Below, in pieces: positions 50,037 to 63,275 of a stretch of 64,000 nt of DNA (within the stretch, counting starts at the first letter, position 1; the number at the start of each line of letters is the position of its first letter). The translations under genes and the position numbers were made by a program. The notes beneath the pieces were generated by a model, which made no database searches, had not been told where the DNA came from, and saw only the letters and a list, made by a program, of their open reading frames with translations. This DNA comes from Piromyces finnis finn. Lineage: Eukaryota; Fungi; Neocallimastigomycota. Where the stretch lies: positions 310,001 to 374,000 of the forward strand of contig MCFH01000052.1 of assembly GCA_002104945.1 (NCBI GenBank). The letters are read 5' to 3'.

Positions 50037-50938
50037 TATTTTTAGAAATTAAGTAGATATATAAATTTATTTCTTTTTTATACAAGTTTATTCCTTTTTC
50101 CTTTTTTTAATAATTATCTTATTATTAAATTTATTAATACTACTTTTATTCTATTTAAAAGTTATTAATAATTATTCATACAACTTTTGATTTAAATCTC
50201 TTAATGGAATTGTATATTTAATAAATACTAAAAGATAAAAAAACTAATTAATTTTTCTTAATGAAGGTTCTTGTCCCCCTACGTATTATCAATTTATCAC
50301 AAAAAAAAGTGTTAAATTAATGACTATTTCATTTATTGTGATTATGATTCATCAATGAAGTATTAAGATAAATTACAATAGTAGATTACATCGTTTTAGT
50401 ATAATAAATTGTATCGTACTTTTTATTAATTGTATACTTAATACTAGATATAGTCATGTGACACTATATAATATATATCAAAAAAAAAACATTCATTTCT
50501 ATAATGTTTTAATTATGATAAAGAAAGGTTTTCTTTTTTTTTTTCTAAAAAAGATAACATTATGAGAATAATAATAAAAATAATAGAAGTCATATCTTGA
50601 TAATGTTAAATATAAAGTGAAATATTTAATTTTTAATATTATTTTTATCATTACCACTCTAATAATGTATATATAAATTTTATAATTATACATTATTATA
50701 AATAGCAGATTTCAATACAATAAGTTGAATAAAATTGTATAGAATAGCAAATAAAATTAATCTGGACTCAATAAAAACACTATTTTTATTGCTAATCTTT
50801 CCCCAAGACGAACAATTCATCATTTATTGATGAAAACCCTAATATATTTACATATCAAGAGTTATTTTTTTCTTTTTTTTTTTTAATTTTTATTATTGTG
50901 TTATTTATTTTTTCGTTAAAATATACTCTTCTTTAAAG

Positions 50939-51308
50939 AAAATATATGGATAATTAAAATATTAATATTTTATTATTGTGTTGTTATTATATCATTCTTA
51001 TTGAATTTCCATAATAAAACTTTTTTTGTTTTAATTCAATATACATCACCATCACACGAATAATATTTCATGTGATTAACATGACTGGGTTTCATTCTAT
51101 AAAGTTTAGCTTTTAAGTATAATAAAATATATGGATAATTAAAATATTAATATTTTATTATTGTGTTGTTATTATATCATTCTTATTAAATTTCCATAAT
51201 AAAACTTTTTTTGTTTTAATTCAATATACATCACCATCACACGAATAATATTTCATGTGATTAACATGACTGGGTTTCATTCTATAAAGTTTAGCTTTTA
51301 AGTATAAT
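50939..51308. repeat. 185-bp tandem duplication (2 copies, one substitution seen)
   Basis: 50939-51123 is repeated at 51124-51308. Confidence 0.9.
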
Positions 51309-54300
51309 CATACATCATACCATCACTTTTTTTAGTAATTTTGATGTTGCACTTTCAAATTAGATAAATTAATATATAACCATAAATAACCAACGAAATT
51401 TTAAATTGGATATAAGTTAAGAGTATCAATTATCTTACAATATATTATTAATATATATTTTCATATAAAAACAATTGATTATTAATTAAGAAAAAATAAA
51501 TTTATTAATTAATAAAGTTTATATTTTTGATTAAATTTTTTTATGGAAAAAAATAATTTTAATTTAATTTTAATTTATATAAAAGAATGAAAGAAAAATA
51601 TTCCATAAAATTGTGATATTATAGAGAGTAATGGAATATGATAATAATAAATATGTGATAATAACTTTTCTTTTATTAGAAATTAGTGAAATATATTATA
51701 TATTAATATTATACTATAATTATAAAATATATTCAAATAGAATTAACTAATACAAATATATTGCTTAAAAGCACCTCATTTTCTTTTTAGCCTTTTTTTA
51801 TTAATTATATTATTTTAATAATTTTATTTTTTTTAAAAAAAAGAATAATTATATTATTGGAGTTTTTTATATTTAAACAAACTTTATTTTTATTTATTTA
51901 AATTAATTTTTTTTAAAAAAAAAACAAAATTTTAATTTAATTAATAAAATATTAAACAGTTTAATTAATCTTTAAAACTACTTTTAATTAAAAATAAATT
52001 AAAGACTTAAAAAATATTTTTAAAGAAATTATTCATATTGATAATGATGAAAAAAATTACTAAAAATCTATTTTTTTTTTTATTTTTTTTTACTTCATAA
52101 AAATAATAAAAAAAAAGGAAAACTATAGTATTATAAATGTAGATGAAAGAACATAGAATGTTATTTTTAAATTAAAAAAAATTAAGTGATTTCTTTTTTC
52201 TTTTTCTTTTAAAAAATATATATTGTTTCTATATTGTTTCATATAGTTCTTTTATATATATCTCTATTAAATAAATATAAATAGAATTTAAATTAACATT
52301 AATATAATATAAAACTATTTAATAAATGAAATATTAATTCCAAACCGTTAATTAAAAGTTTTAAAAAAAGATGGAATGCTTAAAAAAAAAAGAACAAATG
52401 AAATTCTTCATATAAAAGTATTTATATATATCATCATTTTAGAATGCACCTCAGAAAGAATGAAAATAAATGCACTCAATTCAATATATTATCTATAATA
52501 TAATAATTATATTTTAATATATAATGACATTCACTATAATATATAGAACCTTTTGATTTATTAAAATGAATGGTATTATTTTTTAGAAAATACGATTTAT
52601 TTATAAAGGAAAGTTAATTTTTTAGAGTAAAAAAAAAATTGTTTAATCTTTAATTCTAACATTTATATAATGTAACTATTATAATTATCAATCCAAGTAT
52701 TATAAATATTTATTATTTATTTTATTTATTAATGTTTACCGTGATAATTTTAAAAGTAAAATGAGATTATAATAATAAGAAGAAGAATAATAATTATGAT
52801 TTTTTTAGTTTTTCTTTTTAATTAAAAAATTTTTTTTGATACAAAACTTTATTTATTATAAAATTCGATAATTAGATTTAATAATTAAATCTGTATAATA
52901 TATTTGAATAAATAAATAATAAATGTGAATATTTGTATTGATGTATTTATACCAAAAATAGTTATTATTTATAATAATAATATTTTTAAATAATAAATAA
53001 GTAAAACAAAAAAAAACTTATTATTTAAGCATATATTTTCTCATAACTATTATTATTCAATTTATTCCCTTATGCTTTTAAAAATCATGACCTAAAATTG
53101 TATGAATTATTGTTATAATATTATTTTTTTCTAAATGATGGATTTATCATTCATCCTTAGTGTAGTATTTTCCATATCATTTATTTAATTAAAATTATTA
53201 ATGAATTAATATTTATTAATAAAAATTTAATATATTTATATTAAAGTTTCATAATAATTTAAATTATATCAAGAAATATAAAAATGAATTCAATACCCCT
53301 TAATTTTTATTATTAAAAATAAAGTTTTCTATTCTGAAAAAATAGATTAAAAAAGATAAATGAAATGAATTACAATATACAAATTAATATATATTTTACG
53401 AAGCAGAATCACAAAATTTATATCTGTGAATAATATAAAAAATGGAATTTTCACTTAAACAAAAAAACAAACAAAAAAAAAGTTTTCATAATAATAATTT
53501 GATAAGTTTAATATTGTTTTTACCTTTAAATAATTAAAAGAAAAGAAAAAAAAAAAGTAAAAAGATAGAAAAATAAATAAATTACAAGAAAAAAAAAAGA
53601 AGGAAATAACAAAAAAAAATATTTTATAGTAATATTTTTTTATAGTAAAAATATATAATTCAATAAAACAAAAGAAAATAAAACATAAAATTTTATTATA
53701 TTTATTTTTAAAGTAAAGAATATTGAATATTTCTGAATGTTTTGAAATTATATATTTCATTTTTACTTGTATATGTGTATATATAACTATAATAAAAACA
53801 ATATTTATTTTTTTTAAAAAAATAAAAAATTATCAAATTAATAGTAAATTTTAATATAATATTACTGTTTTTAAACTAGTTATATTTTATTACATTCAAT
53901 AAAATATAATAATAGTAATATGCAAAGAAAAACTGAAAACTAATATTTTGAAAATTTATAAAGTATACTTATTTCTATATTATATAATTTATTTTTATTT
54001 TTTTATTAATTATTATAATACTTGATAAAAAAATAAAAAAGCGTTTTAATATTTAATAATAGTTAAACAAGATATATATATAATTTAGAATATATTGTTT
54101 TGGTAAAAACTTTTGTTAATTTATATTTATAAAGGTTTTTAGAAATTAATATTTAAAATATAATAATATAGTATTTTATAAAGTGTTAAAGAAAACAATA
54201 ATAACAGTAATAACAGTAATAATAATTAATTAATAATATTTATTAATCTTTTGTATATAATAAAACAATAAAACAAAATAAAAAAATTTAATTTAATGAT

Positions 54301-54580
54301 ATATTAATTCATTAAAGTAAAATATTATTTTGTACCAAAATTTAAAAATTTTAAAAAAATCAAATAAATAATAGATAGTTGATAAATTTGTATCTATTAG
54401 ATATAAATCATTCAAATAAAAATAATATAATTAATTTATTTAATTAACAACAATTATTATTCAATACTAAAAAAACGTTTAAACAAGCTAAAAGGTATAT
54501 TATTTAATATATATTATTAAATTAATGGAAATAAATATATTTTTTACTAAAATAATCACTTATAGATATAAGATATTAAA

Positions 54581-56829
54581 ATGAAAAATTCAATCCGTGA
54601 AACTCAACTTCAAGAAAAAAGGACATTTTTAAAGTCAGTCTTACAAGCTGTCTTATTTGTTTTTATAATTACTTCTATTATTATTGGCGTTATTGTTGGA
54701 TTATGCTTGTAAGTTAAGAATTATTATTTTTTTTAAAAAAAAAAATATCCTATTTTTTTATTAATTTTTTTTATTATCCTAATAGCTTTACCCATTCAAA
54801 ACCACAATTTTCCGTTGATTACTTTAAAACCCATCCAAATGAGAATTTTAAGCAAATTGACAAAGCATATGCTCTTATAATATCATTTTCTCTCTTAATT
54901 TTTTACATTATGATATTAACAAGTTTTTATAAAAAAAGAAATCACTACTTGATTAATTATAGACCTTTAGTGTTGTGTGCATTGACTGGAATTTGTGGAG
55001 GTGTTTATAATGTAATATTACCGATTCTTATAACTTTTCAAACGGGTGGTAATAATAGTAATAAATGGATAATTACATTGATATTTACAATTATATTCGC
55101 AACAATGAATATGATGGCAAATATTTCAAGATATTTCAAACTTTATCTTTTAAGTAAAAGAGATATCGGAAAAATGAAATTATATAATGATAACTATGAT
55201 TTAGCATTTCCAGGAAATGAAGAAAATGCAAATAATTTTGAACCTAATACCTATCTAAAACGTTTAAATAAATTAGTTAGTAAGAGAATTACTATAATAT
55301 TCTTTGTCATACCATATACATTATTAATTTCCTTAGGTTTAGCTATTTCAATTTTCAGTGTGAAGAAACAAAGTATTGATGGTATCAGAGAAAATGCTCT
55401 CTATTTTTATTCACCAATTATATTATTAACAACAGTTACATTATTTATAATACCATTTTTTTATATTGAACTTTCTAAATCCAAGTCTATTAATTGGGTC
55501 AATAAATTAGATATGATTTCAAATTATACCTTTTTATTTTTGGGTACATTTTTATTTATTGGTTCATTATTTGCATTTTATGATAAAAGAATATCTATTG
55601 GTGTAGATGATAAGGGCAAGGAGCAATATATCTATCACTATTCATTTGAATATTTAATCAAGTTAAAAAGTACTTCACTATTCTTTATTATACCAAGTTT
55701 TGGTTCTTCTGCCTGTGCTATTGTTATTCCATTAATTGAAGCCTATATGGCTGATAGAAAATTGAAATCAAAGAAATTCCTAGGAAAAAGAGAATTTACT
55801 CATCTTTTAGTAGGAAGTAGCTATATTGACTCTTTAAAATCAGTTGCAGTTAAATCTTATTGTGTTGAAACTGTTATATTTTGGGAAATGCATGTCAAGT
55901 TAATGAAATTAGTAAGCGATAGTTTAGTATCAAAACATAGATTAAGTATAGATCAACATAGTAGTCAAACAAAGGATTTTTCTAAATTAAATAATAGAAC
56001 ATCTTATACACCATCAAATTATGACTTGTTATTAGGGTTAAATAAAAATATTTTTGGTAGTGGTAATAATGAAATTTTATATACTGGCAGTTTTGGAGAA
56101 GATAAAATAGATTCTAAACTTGTCAATGCTATCAGTCATGGAATTTCTAGTAAAAACAAAGGGGATTCCTTCTTTTCAAGCAATAACAGAAATAGATCTA
56201 TTAGTGATAGTCGAATTAATAGTTCTGATTATATGAATAATAATCTATCAAGCAGTTTTAATTCTAATAGAAGCTATCCAAACTGTCACACTACTAATAA
56301 TAACTATTTCTTTAATGAAAATCGTCAAAGAAACAATAGTGTACTTTCTCAATTTACTATCAATTCAATTAATCAAAATTATAATAATTATTATATAGAT
56401 GTATCAAATAATGATAAAGTTGAACTTCTTAAAAATCATGATATATTGTATCCTTCAAGAGAAATTGGAAATAACACTAATTCTTATAGTAATAGCCGTA
56501 ACAATTTAGTTAATAATGCTTCACGTCATCGTAGAAATACTATTAAGAACAGAGAAACTGAAATATTTTATGAAATATTTAATGTTGATTCAGTGAATAA
56601 TGAAGTTCCACAAAAATACTGGAAAGACTTTGATAATTTATATAATTCATTTATATCAGATCAAAGTTTAGCCACTGTTAATCTTGATACAAATACAATA
56701 ATTAAGTTAAGAAGAGCAATTACAAGTAAAGATTACACCATGGATATGTTCTTCCCAGCTTTAGCTGAAACTGTTGAATTAATATATCAAAATCTATATC
56801 CAAAACTTTTGGCTGAAAAAACAAAATAA
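54581..56829 (+). CDS. Multi-pass membrane protein with C-terminal split RGS domain (7TM-RGS/GPCR-like), about 723 aa; exons 54581-54708 and 54786-56829
   Basis: 77-nt GTAAGT...TAG intron keeps exon 1 in frame with the 639-aa ORF; about 8 hydrophobic segments; RGS-like blocks KSYCVETVIFW and LYNSFISDQSLATVNLD...FFPALAETVELIYQNLYPK. Confidence 0.85.
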
Positions 56830-57959
56830 AAATTTATTGTTAAATGAAAATTACGATTTTTATCATTATTTGAAATTATACAATAAATATAATGTAGTAT
56901 TTAGTCTATTTAGAAATATTAATAGAAAATGAATATTTATATTTGTTAATAAAAATAATAACCCCCTATATCCCATAAAAGAAAATAGAAATAAAACAAA
57001 ATAAACAAGTAGAAAGTATGATAAAATAAAACATTAAAAAAAAAATTTTATTCTATTCAAAAAATTAAAATTATTATTTAAAAAAAAAAAAAAAAAAAAA
57101 TTATTTAATATATAGAATGATATTAATTTATTATATTTTAAACTTTTTTTTTTTTTTTTTAATTCTTTTTTTTTAAAAAAAAAAAAAAAAACGTAGAAAA
57201 ATAAAGCTAAATAAAAATTTCAATAATCTTAATATAAACAATGTAAAATAATTATAATATAAGAAATAATGCAATAATTATTATCAGTTCTTAGTGTTGA
57301 TTCTTTTATATAAAATATGTGTAAGATATATTAAATTCTTACTTTATAAAGGATGAAGTTTTGAAACGTGCCTTCATTTATTTAATAAATGAAGTTTTTC
57401 AAGGGGTTCTACTCATACTCATGGTACTGAGCTTGTAGAAATAAATTCAAGTATTGGGCAATGGATATTTGGTTAGTCTTTATAGAAGAAAATATAAGGA
57501 CTAAGCTCATGATACTGAGCGATTAAAAAACATTTATTCATCGAATTTAAGTATTAGATAGATAAGTTGAATGTTTGATATTCAGGTAAGTTTGTATAGT
57601 ATTTAATTAGAAGAGTAATACATTTTGTTGCTGTATTTTTTCTTTTATTCATGTAGTACTGTTCTTCTCTTGTAAGAATCTAATGTAGTCAACTTTAGCA
57701 TTTGCATTGTATTTTTCTACAGATAAACATTCCAAATAGTTTACTTCAACTGCTTTTTCAATTGCAGACGAGCTCAGTATTACTTCAGTAAATAATGTTA
57801 TAAAATCTTCATTTCATATTTCACAACAAATTTTTAATCTCTAAAAAATCAAAATGAAGCTGTATAGGAGATTTAAAAAAGAAAAAATTTATGATTTAGA
57901 TGAATTTATTAAAAGGATTAAAATCTACCGTTAGTTAATTCCATCAAGTAATAATTCTA

Positions 57960-59046
57960 ATAATGTTCAACGATGGTGATTCGTCTTGAATCAGTAGAAA
58001 ATCAGAACAATAAAGATCCAATATTTTACTTAACAGGAAAACCCATCTACTGATTGCTACACTTACCTTGGTGTTCCATTTGATAAGAATTTGTCCTTTA
58101 AACCAATTATTAAAGCTCTTAATAACAAGGTTTTGAAAGGACTTTTTTCAGTTAGTAAATTCTTAAGAAATCCTAATATTCCTATTCCTTTTAAAAAGCT
58201 AGTACTTATCTCACAATTGATCAGCAGAATTTCATACTTTTCAACAAAGCTAGGTCTAGGATTGCTCAGAAATATGTTAACAAAGGAATATGATGAGTTG
58301 CAAGAGTTTATAAAGCTGTATCGTTTGTTTCTCTATACTCTATTTCAAAAGATTTGAATATTCCTCCATTGTCAACCAAATGCGCATTAGCTCAGGTTAG
58401 ATGTTTTAACAAGTGGATACAAGTTGGATACTAGAGTTGCAAAAGCTGCCAAATTTGTTGACCCGTATTAAACATTACGATTACATAGTCCAATTATTAA
58501 ATTTTTTTCAGTCAAAGTAATTCCAACAGTCCTATCAATAATAATGAAAATGTTAATATCAGTAGAGATAGCAATAACAAAAATAACATTAGTAACATTA
58601 GTAATAATAATTGTAATAGTAGTAATAATAGAAGTAATAGCAATAGTGAAGATAATAATTCTAATTTAGATAGCTATTTAGTTAATAATAGTAATAGTTC
58701 TAATAATTGGGTGAATATTAATGTATATGATTATTCTAGTGTATACAATAAAATATTTAAATTCCTTCTTGGGGGAAGAAGTTTTAACAATATCAATTTC
58801 AATTCAAGGGAATGGAAAGAACAATATTCTTGACGGTAACAGCGGAACTTCTAACCAAAATTATGCTTTTTGTTGTTGGCCAGAAATGGTCAATGTTCAA
58901 AAAGTTTGAAGCAATAACTAAGAGCGTGAATGCTGAGGAAACAGTAAGACAAGCCAGGAGGGCCAATGCAACCAATAGAGATCATAATTTTGACCCATGA
59001 CAAAGTTTTGATCTTTTACTTGGTATCCCATTGGAAGTCAAATAAA
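57960..59046 (+). mobile_element. Degenerate non-LTR (LINE) retrotransposon 3' fragment; may extend upstream to about 57340
   Basis: YTYLGVPFDKNLSF...KLVLISQLISRISYF resembles the RT thumb region; frameshifted downstream; the 3' UTR shares motifs with the SINE-like element. Confidence 0.72.
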
Positions 59047-59397
59047 ATTATTATACTTTAGTATAATAGTGGCTTTCTTATTGTAATTACTAGAATATAT
59101 CATACTCAATTTTTATTCATTTATGCTTATTTAAACATATTTTTTTAATTTTTATTTTTTTATTTTTATTTTTTATAACATGTATTATAATTTTAATTAA
59201 ATTAATAATTAAAATGATGCTATTAAAAAAATTATATATAGGATGAAATTTCTTTATATTATTCTGTTATAATTTTCACCATAGAATCTAAATAATAATG
59301 ACTTTTAAAAAAAATAATAACTTTTATTTACTAGTCAATCTATATTCTTTCACTAAAGATTTAAAAAAATAAAATTCTTAAATATTATGATAATTTA

Positions 59398-59547
59398 TTT
59401 TTTTAACTTCCAAATGCATTTCACCCATCAATCAGAATAAGCCCCAATGGTAGTTCTTAGGGAAACGTTGTCACCTTCCTATTGCTAGGCGGTTGTGACC
59501 CTCCTGATCTTCAGCTTCGACGTTCACTTAGTCCATGTACATTAGAT
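59398..59547 (-). mobile_element. 5'-truncated copy of the SINE-like element
   Basis: Reverse complement aligns with about 29816-29980, including the GGAAGTT-A tail. Confidence 0.8.
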
Positions 59548-60039
59548 AATGGGGTTACAAACTTCAATGAAATTTTTATGATTTACTTGACTTGCCCGCT
59601 GTATTTATTGTATTTACTGCAATTATTAGCATACTACCAAAATTTGCTATTACTTTATAATAGAGATACTCCTAACACCAAACTGAACTGGCTTCAATAT
59701 TCATCTATATTATAAATAATAAAACAATTCTTTCAGTATTAGATTTAAAAATATTTTTTATTTATTTACTCAATACAAAACTTTTTTCATTCTACTTTCT
59801 TGAAAATATTATTTTTTTTTTTCATTTTATTTCATAATTTAATTTATTAAGTTGTTATACAGTTACAATTTTTTTTTTTAATTAATATTTTTATTTTATA
59901 TATAAATATATTATTATTTTTATTTTTATTATTCTTTATTTTATTATTTTATTAATAGATATTTTCATTAAAGGTAAAAAGTTAATAAATAAATATAAAA
60001 ATATTTTATTAATTTCATCTCAGGTCCAAAAAATTATTA

Positions 60040-60111
60040 AGGGGCGTTCCGGATTTGAACCGAAGACCTATTGATCTGCAGTCAATTGCTCTACCGCTGA
60101 GCTAACACCCC
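60040..60111 (-). tRNA. tRNA-Cys(GCA), identical to 23800-23871 but with different flanks
   Basis: Exact reverse complement of the first copy. Confidence 0.97.
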
Positions 60112-61717
60112 TTTTTCATTTTTTTTTGTTAAGGAACCAACAAATAATGTTATTCTTGTCATAATTAATGATTATGACCTAATCCATTCATTATTGTTCC
60201 TAAATGTATGAAAACTTTACAATATTCTTATTTGTAAATTAATGTATACACTTAAATTATATTTAAAATTATTAATAATTATTTTTTATTGAACTTAAAT
60301 TTTATTTTATTAAACTTAAAAATTAATTTAGTAATAATAATATATTGAAAATTATAGTTTATTGAACTTTTAGTTTAATTTATCAAGTTAATGAATTTTT
60401 ATTAATTAAAATTATGAATAATATTTCTGTAAAATAGTAAAATTTTTTTAGTTAAATATATTTAAAGTAAACTTTTAATGTATGTTAATCAATTTAATAA
60501 TATGTATAAATATTTATTATAATAGTAATGTAATTTTATTATTCATTTAAAAGTAATTTAAATACTAAAATTATGTAAATAATTAAAGACTAATTCTTTT
60601 AATTAACACTACTTAATTTTTTACAAAAAGTATAAAAAGGTGTATATTATAAGAATTAGAGAATATACAGATATTTTTATTTTTATTTTTATTTTATTTT
60701 ATAATTTTATATTAATATCTTAATAAAACAATTTTATTAATAAAACAATTTTTCTTATTTCATTTTAATATTATTTTTGAGTATTAATAAATTTATTAAT
60801 ATTTTATAAATAAAAGTAAATTCCTCGAACCGTAACATAAAAATTGGTGGAGATATCGGGGAATAATATTAATAAAAATTATTAATACATAGGATAAAGT
60901 AATATTAAAATATTACTAAAATATTATATAAATTTCTTAAAAATTTATTACCCTTCAAAGTTATAGGTAATATTTATATTACTGTTGAAGCTTTAAGGTA
61001 TAATATTTTAGTAGAACTGAATTAGTACGCTTTAGAAGCAGTACTTATTTAGGAATTAGTGGTTAAGTTTTTAGGTCTAGTTTATCTTTCACAGTAGGAT
61101 ACTGGAAAGCGCTGAACCTTTCTATTTTGCTAGAGAAATAGAAGTGCCTCGCATAATTGCTACATGACACTGGTAATACGGTAAGCTGGGCAATTGTGAA
61201 CTACTTAAGCACCCTAAATAAGTATTGGAAAATTGCTGTGAAATGCTGTTCTACTATACTTATTATTGTAATTCAAATTTTTAATAAATTAAATATTATT
61301 TTAGTATTTATAATTTTTTTAAAAAAAAAAAAAAAAATATTTTTTTTTTTTAATTGAACGATTTTTAAAAATTATTCTTTTTAAAATATAAATAAATAAT
61401 TCGAAAGTGACCCTTAGCGTGGCAAGTTAAACTGCTGTACGTAATACTTTGGTGTTCAATTATATCTGATAATTGGGGAAGATAATCAATTATTTTCTTT
61501 CCGCTAATTAAGTTAGTGATAATAAAGAAATTAATTACGTTACTTCCTTTTATTAAATTATATTTAATATTAACCATCGGGTATATTTGTGGCTTATCAT
61601 CAAAGAGCTACGAGGGATTTTCACTTAGAATTACACAACCTATAATACTTGATGGTTTAACATTATATAGGTTGGCCTATATTTTTATAAAAAGAAATAA
61701 GTTTTTAAATAATAATT

Positions 61718-61762
<45 letters not shown>

Positions 61763-62393
61763 GATATATATATCTATTCTTTTTGTTGATTCTCTTCGAG
61801 TAATTTAATATTGCTAATTGAAATATTCTTTTCTTACTGTTTTAAGTTAAACAAGTTATATCAGCATAGACAAGCCTTATTAACTAATCAACAGAGGTAT
61901 ACTAGGGGTGGTAGAAAGATCCTGAAGCACGTGACGGAACTTAGATCGTGTGAATAAGGTGACGGCAACATTTACCATTGGACGAAAGACTCTTAGTTAA
62001 TAGTCTATTATATATAATTTGGTCGGTAACTTGAATCAGTAATAACAATATTAAATTAAAATTCTTGCTAGTAAATTGAAAACAAATAATAATTAACTAT
62101 AAGAAAAACAGAAAACAAAAGTAATAATTTCATCTTTTCTGACTGAACTAAGATAGTAAGGAGTGATACTAAAAATTTAAATAAATAATTGGTAGTACGT
62201 GCTGTGCTAGATTATTTGTATCTCATTCTGTCAAGTGGTCGATAAAGGAATTTCGAGCTTGGTTACAACTAATAAGTGGTCGATAAAGGAATTTCGAACT
62301 TATAATTTTTTTTTTAGACTATCAAAGGTATTTTTGAGTCTATACTGTGTCATCTTGTACTGCAATAAATTCGGTCAAGGAAAATACAAGAAA

Positions 62394-63275
62394 ATGAGCA
62401 ATTCTACTACAAGGATAGATTTCAAGGAGTTGAAGAAGGAACTCAAGGATATAGAAAAACTTTCCAAAGATAATTTGGACATAAGATCCTGGGCTTCTGA
62501 AATAAGTTTATGGATTGAACTTCAAGATATCACTAGTGCCAAGAAAATTTACATGGCATGTGTGCTTACTTCTAAGGGTGAACCAAGAAAGGTAATCCAA
62601 GAGTTGGAAGATAAAGACAGTGATAGTGAAGATGAATATGAAAGTGAAAATGAAGAAGAGAATCAGAAAAATGAATCTAATGAAGAAGATTATCCCTCAC
62701 TTGGGAAAATTATCAATGCCCTTGAAACATTTTATGGGTTAAAAGAAGATCAAAGTATGTTATTACGGGAACTAAGAAGACTACGTATAAGAAGAAATGA
62801 ATCAGTTAAAGATTTCAATAGAAGATATAGATCTTTATATTTAAAGTTGGATAAGAAAAAGAAGAAGCAGATTAGTGTGTTAGATTATGCAGATTCTTTA
62901 CAAAATAATAAAGAAGCATGGAGAAAAGTATCTTTAAAAGATGATATCACTCTAGAAAAGGCCTTTAAGATAGCTGAGAAGGTAGATAGGTTATCTACTA
63001 GAATAGATAATGATGGTAATCTACCAACGACTACTGCAATAACCAAAAGTTATAATAATTTTCAACCATACAAGAGAAAAGTTTCTTTTACTGAAGCCAA
63101 AAAGCCTAATAAAGATGATGAAATGAATAACCTAGTCAAGAAAATGAAGAATTTAACTATTAAAGCTTGTTTCTTCTGTAGTGAACCTGGTCATTATCAA
63201 CAAAATTGCCCAAAACTTCAAGCCATTATTGAAGGAAACAAGAAGCGTTATTATGATAATCATTTAAATCATTAA
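62394..63275 (+). CDS. Gag of element H, 293 aa from the ATG at 62394
   Basis: CFFCSEPGHYQQNC knuckle; LRRLRIRRNESVKDFNRRY parallels B Gag SLKIRRGESIKDFNWRY. The ORF track start at 62235 is a GTG and probably leader. Confidence 0.88.
   Translation: MSNSTTRIDFKELKKELKDIEKLSKDNLDIRSWASEISLWIELQDITSAKKIYMACVLTSKGEPRKVIQELEDKDSDSEDEYESENEEENQKNESNEEDYPSLGKIINALETFYGLKEDQSMLLRELRRLRIRRNESVKDFNRRYRSLYLKLDKKKKKQISVLDYADSLQNNKEAWRKVSLKDDITLEKAFKIAEKVDRLSTRIDNDGNLPTTTAITKSYNNFQPYKRKVSFTEAKKPNKDDEMNNLVKKMKNLTIKACFFCSEPGHYQQNCPKLQAIIEGNKKRYYDNHLNH

Noticed and set aside
49440-54580. Small ORFs at 50499-50693 and 53455-53760
   Set aside because: Low-complexity F/Y/I/K translations typical of very AT-rich intergenic DNA; no domain or splice support.
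57130-59100. TSD around the LINE remnant
   Set aside because: Only a short AT-rich TACTTTA match was found, which is expected by chance; the boundaries remain uncertain.
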